Shown piece after piece: positions 20,573 through 29,597 of a stretch of DNA of 64,000 nucleotides. Every line of letters begins with the position of its first letter. The first letter of the stretch is position 1. Below the pieces are notes generated by a model, which saw only the letters and a list, made by a program, of their open reading frames with translations, searched no databases and was not told the DNA's origin. A program made the position numbers and the translations under genes. The stretch spans positions 672,001 through 736,000 of the forward strand of contig CAVRGP010000011.1 in the NCBI GenBank assembly GCA_963720755.1, written 5' to 3'. Source of the DNA: an uncultured Chloroflexia bacterium (lineage in GTDB: Bacteria; Chloroflexota; Limnocylindria; Limnocylindrales; CSP1-4).

Positions 20573-20590
20573 TTCGTGTCGATCTCTCGG

Positions 20591-21688
20591 TCACGGGTGG
20601 ATCCGCCAGATCCGTTCCCCACCATAGTCGAGGACCCAGATGTCGCCGAAGGCCCCCTCGGCCACGAACGGGTTCTTGGCGCCCTCGAGTGCGTCCACGG
20701 ACGCGATCGCATCGGTCCCGAGATCCACCTCGATGAGCGTGCGGGCCTTGCCATCCGGGATGTACGCACGGTCGCCATCGACCGTCCCGTCGAGCGGGCC
20801 AGTGCCCCCGACGATCGGTTGTCCAGCGGTAGTCGTGGCCGGTTCGAGTTGGACGATCGAGCCGTTCAAGCGGTTCGCGACGAGAACGCTGGTTCCATCG
20901 TCGGCGAACCAACTGACTCCTCGATCGAGCTTCACGGTCGCTGCGACGGTGTCCGTATCCGGGTCGATCCGGCGCACCGATCCGTCGATATCGTCGACCA
21001 CCCAGACGGATCCGTCGGCGATGGCCAGGCCGGACCCGGATGGGCCGATGCCGATCCGCGCCGTCACCTTGGCCGTGGCCGGGTCGATTCGGACCACCTG
21101 GCGGTTCGTCCGGTCGACGACCCAGACCGATCCATAGCCGGCCTTGAGGTCCCACAGGCTCGGGCCGAGGCCGGTCACTGTGGCGGTCACCTTGGTCGTT
21201 GCCGGGTCCACCGCGACCACCTCGCCGATGGTCAGGAGGGCAACCCAGATCCGGCCGTCTGGACCGACGGAGATCCCGCAGGGCGATCCGTCGATCGGCA
21301 CCTGGGCGATGACGGCGTTCGCGCCCGGATCGATCCGTGCCAGCATCGACGGGTTGTTGCCGGTGACCCAGATCGTTGTCGCGGTCGCGGCCATCGCGCA
21401 CGGCTTGACGATGCCGTCGATCGTGGCGACGAGCCGGGCACCAAGTCCGGACGGTGGTGGGGCCGACGCGTCCGGCGTCGCTGAAGGACCGGCCGTCGGC
21501 GGCGCCGAAGGAGGGGCTGTCGACGGCGTGACCGAACCCGGAGCGGGGGTCGAGGACGGCGGGGCCGTTGACGATCCGGGCGATGTCGCGCCGCTCTGCC
21601 CGCAGGCGGTGATGAAGATCACGGCGCAGGCCAGGACGAAGGCGGATGGCGGGCGCACACGGGCGACGGATGGCGGCATCAACGCCAT
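20591..21688 (-). CDS. Lipoprotein with beta-propeller repeats (Vgb/YVTN-like)
   Basis: Lipobox FITAC, Pro/Ser/Thr linker, repeated G.VWV...V.RIDP.T units. Confidence 0.85.
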   Translation of the reverse strand: MALMPPSVARVRPPSAFVLACAVIFITACGQSGATSPGSSTAPPSSTPAPGSVTPSTAPPSAPPTAGPSATPDASAPPPSGLGARLVATIDGIVKPCAMAATATTIWVTGNNPSMLARIDPGANAVIAQVPIDGSPCGISVGPDGRIWVALLTIGEVVAVDPATTKVTATVTGLGPSLWDLKAGYGSVWVVDRTNRQVVRIDPATAKVTARIGIGPSGSGLAIADGSVWVVDDIDGSVRRIDPDTDTVAATVKLDRGVSWFADDGTSVLVANRLNGSIVQLEPATTTAGQPIVGGTGPLDGTVDGDRAYIPDGKARTLIEVDLGTDAIASVDALEGAKNPFVAEGAFGDIWVLDYGGERIWRIHP

Positions 21689-21715
21689 ACTCTGCCGATG
21701 ACTGGTCGGGTTGCA

Positions 21716-21750
21716 AGGGCCACAGAAGTGATGTTCGATAGGGCCACAGA
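21716..21750. promoter_or_regulatory. Direct repeat AGGGCCACAGA x2, putative MocR operator
   Basis: Perfect 11-bp repeats at 21716-21726 and 21740-21750, between divergent genes. Confidence 0.55.
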
Positions 21751-21823
21751 TGGGCGCTCGGTCGATGCGGTCGGTCGGCGCGAACCGGACATCGCGAATA
21801 CCCTCGCGTCACCGCTTCGACCG

Positions 21824-23275
21824 GTGGACCACGATCCGCTGTACCGGCAGATCGAGCGTCGCCTGCGCTCGGCGATCACCGATGGACGCCTGCGACCCGG
21901 CGCCAGGCTGGCCGCGACGCGGGTCTTCGCGCGCGAGCTCGGGGTCGCCCGGATCACCGTCCAGACCGCCTATGACCAACTGGTCGCCGAGGGCTATCTG
22001 GAGGTTCGTGGACGGCGAGGGACCCGCGTCGCGACCGACCTTCCCGACCGGGGTTTCGCGGCGTCCATGACGCCGATGGTCATCGCGACGTCGCGCTTCC
22101 CGCCACTGAACGACTGGGCATCCCGGGCACCGGTGACGTCGCCGGCGCCTGGCGTGTCCGCTCCGATCGAGCTTGGACCCGAGTGGTTCGGACTCGATAC
22201 GGTCGATCGGAAGCGCTGGGAGCGCCTGCTCGTCCGGGCGTGGCGCGAGCTGGTCGGCGAGCCGGACAGCCCGGCGGCGACCTATGCGGGCCCACTCGGC
22301 GATGAGCGTCTGCGGTCGGCCCTGGCCGATCATCTCGCCGTGCGGCGCGGGGTCCGCTGCCGGCCGGAGGCGATCGTCGTCACCGCCGGCTCGACGGCGG
22401 CGTTCGGAGCGATCGCCCGGACGTGGCTTGGTCCAGGGCGGATCTGCGTGATGGAGGACCCAGGTGGCGAGCAGTTGCGCCGGGCGCTCGGGGGTTCAGG
22501 CGCGACGATCGTGCCCGTGCCCGTCGATACCCAGGGGATCCGGGTGGAGGCACTGCCGAGTCGGGCGGATGTCGTGTTCGTGACGCCCAGCTGGCAGTAT
22601 CCGGCCGGTGGCAGTCTGAGCCTGCCACGACGCCTCGCGCTGCTCCGGTGGGCCGACGAGACCGGGGCGATCGTGGTCGAGGATGACTGCGAAAGCGAAC
22701 TGCGCTATGAGGGTCAGCCCCTGCCATCGCTCCAGGGTCTCGCCCTCGACGGCCGGGTCATCTACGTGAGCACGTTCAGCAAGGTCCTGTTCCCCGGCCT
22801 TCGCACCGGCTACGTGGTCATCCCGGACGTCCATCGTGGTCCGCTGCTGGCGGCTCTCGAGGCCGGCAGTCGTGCAGCCGGGGCCCTGGAGCAGCGCATC
22901 CTGGCGCTGTTCATGGAGAGCGGAGCGTTCGACCGCCACGTCCGGCAGACCCGGGCGACCTTCTCGGCACGCCGCGACGCGTTCGCTCGTGCCCTCGCCG
23001 CGACCGGGGCCGGCCTCGAGGTCCGCAGATCTTCAGCCGGGGGCCACCTGATCGTCGGCATCCTCGATCCGAACTGGACCGCCACGACGTTGTCGGGCGC
23101 GATGGGCGAACTCGGGATCAGGGTCGAACCGCTTTCCGCGAACCGTCGGCTTGCCGGTCCCGACGACGAACTTGTCGTCTATCTGAGCCGACCCGACATC
23201 CCGATGCTCGAGCGGGCGGCTCGATCGATGGGGGCACTGGTCCAGGCGGGCCCGTCCAGCGCCGGATCGCGCTAG
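21824..23275 (+). CDS. MocR/GabR family PLP-dependent transcriptional regulator
   Basis: GntR HTH (LYRQI...LGVARITVQTAYDQLVAEGYL) plus aminotransferase domain (STFSKVLFPGLRTGY). Start uncertain (21698, 21731 or 21824). Confidence 0.92.
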   Translation: MDHDPLYRQIERRLRSAITDGRLRPGARLAATRVFARELGVARITVQTAYDQLVAEGYLEVRGRRGTRVATDLPDRGFAASMTPMVIATSRFPPLNDWASRAPVTSPAPGVSAPIELGPEWFGLDTVDRKRWERLLVRAWRELVGEPDSPAATYAGPLGDERLRSALADHLAVRRGVRCRPEAIVVTAGSTAAFGAIARTWLGPGRICVMEDPGGEQLRRALGGSGATIVPVPVDTQGIRVEALPSRADVVFVTPSWQYPAGGSLSLPRRLALLRWADETGAIVVEDDCESELRYEGQPLPSLQGLALDGRVIYVSTFSKVLFPGLRTGYVVIPDVHRGPLLAALEAGSRAAGALEQRILALFMESGAFDRHVRQTRATFSARRDAFARALAATGAGLEVRRSSAGGHLIVGILDPNWTATTLSGAMGELGIRVEPLSANRRLAGPDDELVVYLSRPDIPMLERAARSMGALVQAGPSSAGSR

Positions 23276-26034
23276 TCCGAGTCCGCGGCCAGCCGGCGCA
23301 GTACGGTCGGGAGGATGCCGCCTCCGCGGTAATAGGCGACGTCGATCGGTCCATCGAGCCGCGCGATGGCGTCGAAGCGGCGAGGCCTGCCGTCCCCGCC
23401 GTCCGTGGGCTCACCAGCGACGACCACGGTCACGGTCTGACGCGGGGTCGCACCATCCTCGAGACCGATCACGGAATAGGTCTCCCGGCCGGTCAACCCG
23501 AGCGATGTAGCGCTTTCCCCGGGCATGAACTGCAGGGGCAGGATCCCCATGCCGACCAGGTTGGACCGGTGGATCCGCTCGAAGCTCTCCGCCAGGACCA
23601 TCCGCACGCCGAGGAGCGCCGGGCCCTTGGCCGCCCAGTCGCGCGACGACCCAGAGCCGTATTCCCGGCCCGCGATCACGGCCAGCGGTACCGATTCGGC
23701 CGCATACCGCATCGCGGCGTCGTAGATGAAACCCTCGTCGCCATCCGGGAGGTGGACCGTGTACGGGCCTTCCTTGTCCGGGACCATCCGATTGCGCAGC
23801 CGGATGTTGCCGAACGTCCCTCGCATCATGACTTCGTGGTGTCCGCGCCTGGCGCCATAGGAATTGAACGCGGCGGGTTCGACCCCGTTCGCCTGCAACC
23901 ACGACCCGGCCGGCGACCACGACGCGATCGATCCCGCCGGGGAGATGTGGTCGGTCGTGACCGAATCGCCGAACATCGCAAGGACGCGCATGTCGCGCAG
24001 CTCGGGAACCGCCGCGGGCGCGGCCGTCAGGCCGTCGAGGAACGGCGGCTTGGCCACATAGGTCGACCCGTCGGCCCACGCATATCGGTCCCCGGACGGG
24101 ATCGGCAGCGCCCGCCATCGATCGTCGCCGTCGAAGACGGTCGCATAGGTCCGCCGGAACAACTCCGGGTCGATCGCGGATCCGATGACCGACCGGATCT
24201 CGTCGGGTTCCGGCCAGATGTCGGCGAGGAAGACCGGCCGGCCATCGCCACCGGTCCCGAGCGGTTCGCTGGTGAGATCGATGTCGACCCGTCCCGCCAG
24301 CGCGAAGGCGACGACGAGTGGGGGCGAGGCCAGGTAGCTGGCCCGGACCAGCGGGTGGATCCTGCCCTCGAAGTTGCGATTCCCCGAGAGCACGGCGGCC
24401 ACCACCAGGTCGTTCGCCTCGATCGCGGCCGCGATCTCAAGGTCGAGCGGTCCGGAGTTGCCGATACATGTCGTGCAACCGTAGCCCGCCAGCGCGAAGC
24501 CGAGTGCCTCGAGCGGTCGCATCAGGCCGGCAGCTTCGAGGTAGCCGGTCACGGCGCGCGATCCTGGTGCCAGCGACGTCTTGACGGTCGGCGCAACCAC
24601 CAGACCGCGCTCCACGGCGTTGCGGGCGAGGAGACCGGCGCCGACCATGACCGTCGGGTTCGACGTGTTCGTGCAAGACGTGATGGCGGCGATGGCGACC
24701 GAGCCATGGCGGACGACGGCGGGCCGTCCGCCGACCTCGACCGCGACGCTTCCGTCGTCGGTCGCCCCGGTCGTCCCGCCCTCGTCGGCCAGGCGGGCAA
24801 GCGCCTTCGTGGTCGCCTGGGATGGGGCGGTCGACGGGAACGCTGCGTGGAAGTTCGCGGGCAGTCCTGGCAGGACGACTCGATCCTGTGGACGCCGGGG
24901 GCCGGCCACGGACGGTTCGACGCCGGCGAGATCGAGTTCGAGGAGTTCGTCGAAGATCGGGCCATCTCCCGGTTCGCGCCACAGGCCCTGGGTCTTGGCG
25001 TAGCGCTCGACCAGGTCGACCCGGTCGGTCGAGCGGCCGGTCAGGCGCAGGTAGCCGAGCGTCTCGTCGTCGATCGGGAAGAGTGTCGACGTCGCACCGA
25101 ACTCCGGGCTCATATTGCTGATCGTCGTCCGGTCGGCGAGCGCAAGACTCGCCAGTCCGTCCCCGGCGAACTCGACGAAGCAGCCGACGACGCCATGGGT
25201 TCGGAGCATCTCGGTCACGACCAGGACCAGGTCCGTCGCCGTCGAGCCGTGCGGCAGGGCACCGTGGAGTCGAACGCCGACGACATGGGGCATCGGCAGG
25301 TACAGGGGCTGACCAAGCAGGACGGCCTCGGCCTCGATCCCGCCGACCCCATACCCGAGAACGCCCAGCCCGTTGACCATCGTCGTGTGTGAATCGGTCC
25401 CGACCACGGTGTCGGGGAACGCGACCCGAGCACCGCCCGGCTCGGCTCGATCGTCCACGACCGTCGCGAGGAATTCGAGATTGACCTGGTGGATGATCCC
25501 TGTCCCGGGTGGCACGACTCGCAGACCGCGGAATGCGGTCTGCGCCCAACGCAGGAGCTGGTAGCGCTCACCGTTACGCTCGTACTCGCGCTCGACGTTG
25601 TACGCGAAGGCCCCCGGCGTCCCGAACCGGTCGATCTGGACCGAGTGGTCGATCACCAGGTCAGCCGGGACCAGCGGGTTGACCAGACTCGGGTCGCCGC
25701 CGAGATCGGCCATCGCATCGCGCATGACGGCGAGATCGACGACGGCCGGGACGCCGGTGAAGTCCTGGAGCAGGACCCGCGCCGGCATGAACGGGATCTC
25801 CGCCTCGGCCGGCTGGCCCGGTCGCCAGGAGAGGAGCGTCTCGACATCCTCGGCGCGGACCGTCGGGCCACCCGCGTGCCGGAGCAGGTTCTCGAGCAGG
25901 ACCTTGATGGTCACCGGCAGGGTCGCGAGGTCGATCCGGTCGGCGATGGCGTCGAGCCTGTGGATGTCCGGGAGTCCCGATCCGAGCGTTCCGCGGGCGC
26001 CGAACGGGTCGGACCCCGATCTCGTGGTGGTCAT
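23272..26034 (-). CDS. acnA: Aconitate hydratase AcnA
   Basis: LQDFTGVP, DHSVQ, TDSHT, AITSCTNTS, GCTTCIGNSG and GSSRDWAAKG motifs. RBS AAGGAGG; -10 TATACT at 26127-26122. Confidence 0.97.
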   Translation of the reverse strand: MTTTRSGSDPFGARGTLGSGLPDIHRLDAIADRIDLATLPVTIKVLLENLLRHAGGPTVRAEDVETLLSWRPGQPAEAEIPFMPARVLLQDFTGVPAVVDLAVMRDAMADLGGDPSLVNPLVPADLVIDHSVQIDRFGTPGAFAYNVEREYERNGERYQLLRWAQTAFRGLRVVPPGTGIIHQVNLEFLATVVDDRAEPGGARVAFPDTVVGTDSHTTMVNGLGVLGYGVGGIEAEAVLLGQPLYLPMPHVVGVRLHGALPHGSTATDLVLVVTEMLRTHGVVGCFVEFAGDGLASLALADRTTISNMSPEFGATSTLFPIDDETLGYLRLTGRSTDRVDLVERYAKTQGLWREPGDGPIFDELLELDLAGVEPSVAGPRRPQDRVVLPGLPANFHAAFPSTAPSQATTKALARLADEGGTTGATDDGSVAVEVGGRPAVVRHGSVAIAAITSCTNTSNPTVMVGAGLLARNAVERGLVVAPTVKTSLAPGSRAVTGYLEAAGLMRPLEALGFALAGYGCTTCIGNSGPLDLEIAAAIEANDLVVAAVLSGNRNFEGRIHPLVRASYLASPPLVVAFALAGRVDIDLTSEPLGTGGDGRPVFLADIWPEPDEIRSVIGSAIDPELFRRTYATVFDGDDRWRALPIPSGDRYAWADGSTYVAKPPFLDGLTAAPAAVPELRDMRVLAMFGDSVTTDHISPAGSIASWSPAGSWLQANGVEPAAFNSYGARRGHHEVMMRGTFGNIRLRNRMVPDKEGPYTVHLPDGDEGFIYDAAMRYAAESVPLAVIAGREYGSGSSRDWAAKGPALLGVRMVLAESFERIHRSNLVGMGILPLQFMPGESATSLGLTGRETYSVIGLEDGATPRQTVTVVVAGEPTDGGDGRPRRFDAIARLDGPIDVAYYRGGGILPTVLRRLAADSD

Positions 26035-26259
26035 CAACGCGCCTCCTTCGTCGACCGCGCCAGTGCGCGGGGTCAGTCGGCGCCGGGCGGGTGCGCCCAC
26101 CCCGGGTCGAAGTTCGGGGCAAGTATACGGCGGGCCGCCACGGGTCGCCACGGGCCATGGGCGACGCGGGCCGTGGACGACCCGTCGACGCAGGCCCGCT
26201 GGTTACACTCGATGGATGATGACCCGACGACACCGGACGACCGTCTCGGACGACCCTCG

Positions 26260-27324
26260 ATGAGATCCTGGGGCGATCTGCCCGGCGACGATCCGGAGCG
26301 GGATCGGGCCGAGATCAAGCGCGAGATCGAAGCGGCCGGGATCGATCTCGAACCGCCGCCGGGGACCCATCGTCATGGCGATGCGGTCCACGCCAGTGAC
26401 CACGCCCACCCCCATGCCCACTCCGAGCCGGGCGAGCCACCCGTCATCGGCATCGTCGGTGCCGGCGCGGTCGGGACGGCCCTGGGCGTCGCGTTGTCGC
26501 GCTCCGGCTGGCCGATCCACGCCGTAGCCAGCCGCGACGCGGGACGACGGGACCGGTTCCGATCCCTGGTCGATGTGGCACGCGTCTTCGCCGATCCCGA
26601 ACCGATCCTCGACGAGGTCGAGCTCATCATCCTGGCCGTTCCCGACGATGCGATCGCCGGGCTCGCGGGCTCGCTCCGGATGTACGCCGGCCAGGCGATG
26701 ATCCACACGAGCGGTGCCCTCGGCGCCGGTGTCCTCGCGCCGGCGATGGCGGCCGGGACCCAGATCGGCTCGTTCCATCCGCTCGTCGCGGTCGCCGACA
26801 CCGAACGCGCTGTGGCGGCGTTCCGTGGGGCGACGGTCGCCATCGAAGGCGACGACCAGCTCGCATCGATGCTGGCCGAGATGGCCGAGGTGATCGGCGC
26901 GGTCCCGGTCAGGCTCGAGCCCGGCTCGAAGGCGGCTTATCACGCGGCCGCGGTCCTGGCCGCCGGCGGGTTCGTCGCGCTGCTCGATGCGATCGCCGAG
27001 CTCGGCCGAGTCGCCGGCCTGGACGAGGCCGGATCGCTGGCGATCTACGGGCCGTTGCTCGAAGGCACCCTCGGGAACGCGCGAGCCCTCGGGATCCGAG
27101 GGGCGCTGACCGGGCCGATGACCCGTGGCGACGTCGGGACCTTGCGGGTCCACCTCGCCACGCTCCGGTCACACGCGCCCGGTGTCATGGACCTCTATGT
27201 CGCTGCAGCGCGCCGCGAAGTCGACCTGGCCCTGGCCCGGGGCGTCCTGGCACCGGAGGACGCGGAGACGATGCGCGAGGCGATCGTTTCGGCCTTGCAA
27301 GGTGAGCCCGAACCGGTACCATAG
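26260..27324 (+). CDS. Rossmann-like DUF2520 oxidoreductase (PanG-like) with His-rich N-terminal extension
   Basis: IVGAGAVG, LAVPDD, HTSGA, FHP, KAAYHAAA and LTGPMTRGD motifs. Alternative start 26212. Confidence 0.88.
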   Translation: MRSWGDLPGDDPERDRAEIKREIEAAGIDLEPPPGTHRHGDAVHASDHAHPHAHSEPGEPPVIGIVGAGAVGTALGVALSRSGWPIHAVASRDAGRRDRFRSLVDVARVFADPEPILDEVELIILAVPDDAIAGLAGSLRMYAGQAMIHTSGALGAGVLAPAMAAGTQIGSFHPLVAVADTERAVAAFRGATVAIEGDDQLASMLAEMAEVIGAVPVRLEPGSKAAYHAAAVLAAGGFVALLDAIAELGRVAGLDEAGSLAIYGPLLEGTLGNARALGIRGALTGPMTRGDVGTLRVHLATLRSHAPGVMDLYVAAARREVDLALARGVLAPEDAETMREAIVSALQGEPEPVP

Positions 27325-27331
27325 GCCGGAC

Positions 27332-27655
27332 ATGGACCACAGCATCGCGGCCAGATACGCGGCCCGCCCGGCGGCCAGATTCGTCCGCCCCTCCGCCCGC
27401 GTCAAGGAGCGTCGGCTGGGGTTGCGACCGGTCGGCACATTCCGGGCCCTGGACCGGAGATCGACGGTCCTGTATGCATCTGATGCGGCCCCGTTGGTGC
27501 GCCTGCGCGCCAGTTGGCGAGCCATCCATCCGGCCGTGCCGAAGCGGGCACTGGACGGGCGGCCGCGCCCGCAGGTGATCATGGTCTGGACGAGGTCCGG
27601 GCGTGCGGGAACGGTCCGTCGTCCCGGCGCGACCTCGGCGCTGTGGCCGGTCTGA
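27332..27655 (+). CDS. Hypothetical Arg-rich protein (107 aa)
   Basis: Fills the gap between the DUF2520 stop and NUDIX (13-nt overlap); TACCAT -10 just upstream. Confidence 0.55.
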   Translation: MDHSIAARYAARPAARFVRPSARVKERRLGLRPVGTFRALDRRSTVLYASDAAPLVRLRASWRAIHPAVPKRALDGRPRPQVIMVWTRSGRAGTVRRPGATSALWPV

Positions 27656-28089
27656 GGGACTCGACGGCCACTTCCGCCGGCGGGATCGTCGTTCGATACG
27701 AGGCGAGCGAACCGTGGCTGGTCGTCGGGAGTCGTCGTCGCGAGCGCGACGGCCGGACCTGGACATTACCCAAGGGAACGCCCGATGCGGGTGAGACCCT
27801 CGAGGAGACCGCCCTCCGCGAAGTCCGCGAGGAGACCGGTCTTGAAGTCCGGATCACCGGGCCGCTCGACTCGATCGAATACACCTTCAGTCAGTCGGGG
27901 ACGCGCATCCACAAGACCGTCCACTATTTCATGATGGAGCCGGTCGGTGGGGACCTGTCCGGCCACGATCACGAGTTCGACGAGGTTCGCTGGATCCGTT
28001 TCGAGGAGGCGCCGGCGATGCTGACGTTCGAAACGGAACGGACGCTCGTGGGCCAGGCGGCCCGACGCCTCGTCGAGGTGGGCAGATGA
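27643..28089 (+). CDS. NUDIX hydrolase (Ap4A hydrolase-like)
   Basis: SAGGIVV, WTLPKG and Nudix box GETLEETALREVREETGL. Confidence 0.92.
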   Translation: MAGLRDSTATSAGGIVVRYEASEPWLVVGSRRRERDGRTWTLPKGTPDAGETLEETALREVREETGLEVRITGPLDSIEYTFSQSGTRIHKTVHYFMMEPVGGDLSGHDHEFDEVRWIRFEEAPAMLTFETERTLVGQAARRLVEVGR

Positions 28090-29201
28090 CCGATGCCCAC
28101 GAGGCGGCTGTCCACCTGACACCGTTGACCGAGGTGCACCGCGCACTGGGCGCTCGACTGATCGAATTCGGCGGGTGGCTGATGCCCGTCCAGTACGGTT
28201 CGATCATCGAGGAGCATCGGGCGGTACGTGAGCGGGTCGGGCTGTTCGACCTCTCTCACATGGGCGAGCTCTATGTCGAAGGCGGTCAGGCCGGCGAGGC
28301 CCTGGCGGCGGCGCTCGTGTCCGATCCGCCGAGCCTTGGACCGGGCCGCGCCCAGTACTCGATGATCTGCCAATCCGATGGCGGGATCATGGACGATCTC
28401 ATCGTGTACCGCCTGGACCAGGAGCGGTTTCTCGTCGTCGCCAACGCCGGGAATGCCGGCCCGATCTCGGACGCCCTGGCCGAGCGCTTGGTCGGCTTTC
28501 GGGCGGTGCTCGACGATCGGTCATTGGCGACCGGGCTCCTGGCGATCCAGGGTCCGGCTTCGCGGGCGGTCCTGGAGCCACTGACCGATGTCGACCTCGG
28601 TTCGCTGCGCTACTACGCAGCCGCCGAAGGGAAGGTCGCCGGACTCTCGGCACTCGTTGCCAGGACCGGTTACACGGGCGAGGACGGGTTCGAGATCTTC
28701 GTCGACTCGAACGACACGGTCGATCTTTGGCACGAGTTGATGGAGGCCGTCGGCCAGCACGGCGGCCAGCCCATCGGCCTCGGTGCTCGCGACACCCTCC
28801 GCCTCGAGGCGGGCATGCCGCTGTACGGCAACGAACTCGACCTCAAGACGAACCCATACGAGGCAGGCCTCGGTCGGGTCGTCAAACTCGACAAGGCGGC
28901 GGAGTTCGTCGGCCGGGCCGCCCTGAAGCAGGTCGCCGATGCCGGGCCGGCGCGCAAGCTCGTCGGCTTGATCATGGAAGGACGCGGGATCGCTCGGCAT
29001 GGCTATCCTGTCTGGTCGGGCGTGCGCCAGACCGGGCGGATCACGAGCGGGACCCAGTCGCCGACCCTCGATCGAGCCATCGCGATGGCCTACGTCGCAC
29101 CGGGTGACGCCGAGCCGGGTACCGTAGTCGAGGTCGAGATCCGCGACAGTCGCGTCCCGGCCAGGGTCGTTCCGCTGCCGTTCTATAGGAGGTCTGACTG
29201 A
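28086..29201 (+). CDS. gcvT: Glycine cleavage aminomethyltransferase T
   Basis: FGGWLMPVQY, FDLSHMG, RTGYTGEDGFE and GARDTLRLEAG motifs. Confidence 0.97.
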   Translation: MTDAHEAAVHLTPLTEVHRALGARLIEFGGWLMPVQYGSIIEEHRAVRERVGLFDLSHMGELYVEGGQAGEALAAALVSDPPSLGPGRAQYSMICQSDGGIMDDLIVYRLDQERFLVVANAGNAGPISDALAERLVGFRAVLDDRSLATGLLAIQGPASRAVLEPLTDVDLGSLRYYAAAEGKVAGLSALVARTGYTGEDGFEIFVDSNDTVDLWHELMEAVGQHGGQPIGLGARDTLRLEAGMPLYGNELDLKTNPYEAGLGRVVKLDKAAEFVGRAALKQVADAGPARKLVGLIMEGRGIARHGYPVWSGVRQTGRITSGTQSPTLDRAIAMAYVAPGDAEPGTVVEVEIRDSRVPARVVPLPFYRRSD

Positions 29202-29205
29202 TCCG

Positions 29206-29586
29206 ATGGTGCCGACCGATCTCCGGTATACGACCGATCACGAATGGGTTCGGGTCGACGGCGACCTGGCGACGATCGGGATCACCGCCTACGCGGCCGA
29301 ACAGCTGGGCGACATCGTCTTCGTCGAATTGCCCGACGCCGGTCGGTCGTTCGATGCGGCCGCGACGTTCGGCGTCGTCGAGTCGGTCAAGGCGGTGAGC
29401 GATCTGTTCGCGCCGGTGGGCGGCACGGTCACCGAGGCGAATGCCGGACTCGCCGCCAGTCCAGAGCTGGTGAACAGTGACCCGTACGGATCCGGCTGGA
29501 TGATCCGCCTGACGCTCAGCGAGCCGACCGAGCTGGATGGGCTGCTGGATGCCGCGGCCTACGACGCGCTCATCGCGGCAGGCTGA
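29206..29586 (+). CDS. gcvH: Glycine cleavage H protein
   Basis: HEWV, LGDIVFVELP, VESVKAVSD (lipoyl Lys) and DPYGSGW motifs. Confidence 0.97.
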   Translation: MVPTDLRYTTDHEWVRVDGDLATIGITAYAAEQLGDIVFVELPDAGRSFDAAATFGVVESVKAVSDLFAPVGGTVTEANAGLAASPELVNSDPYGSGWMIRLTLSEPTELDGLLDAAAYDALIAAG

Positions 29587-29597
29587 CACCGACCTCG

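Noticed and set aside
27930-28085. Glycine riboswitch before gcvT
   Set aside because: The region is NUDIX coding sequence and shows no glycine aptamer signature.
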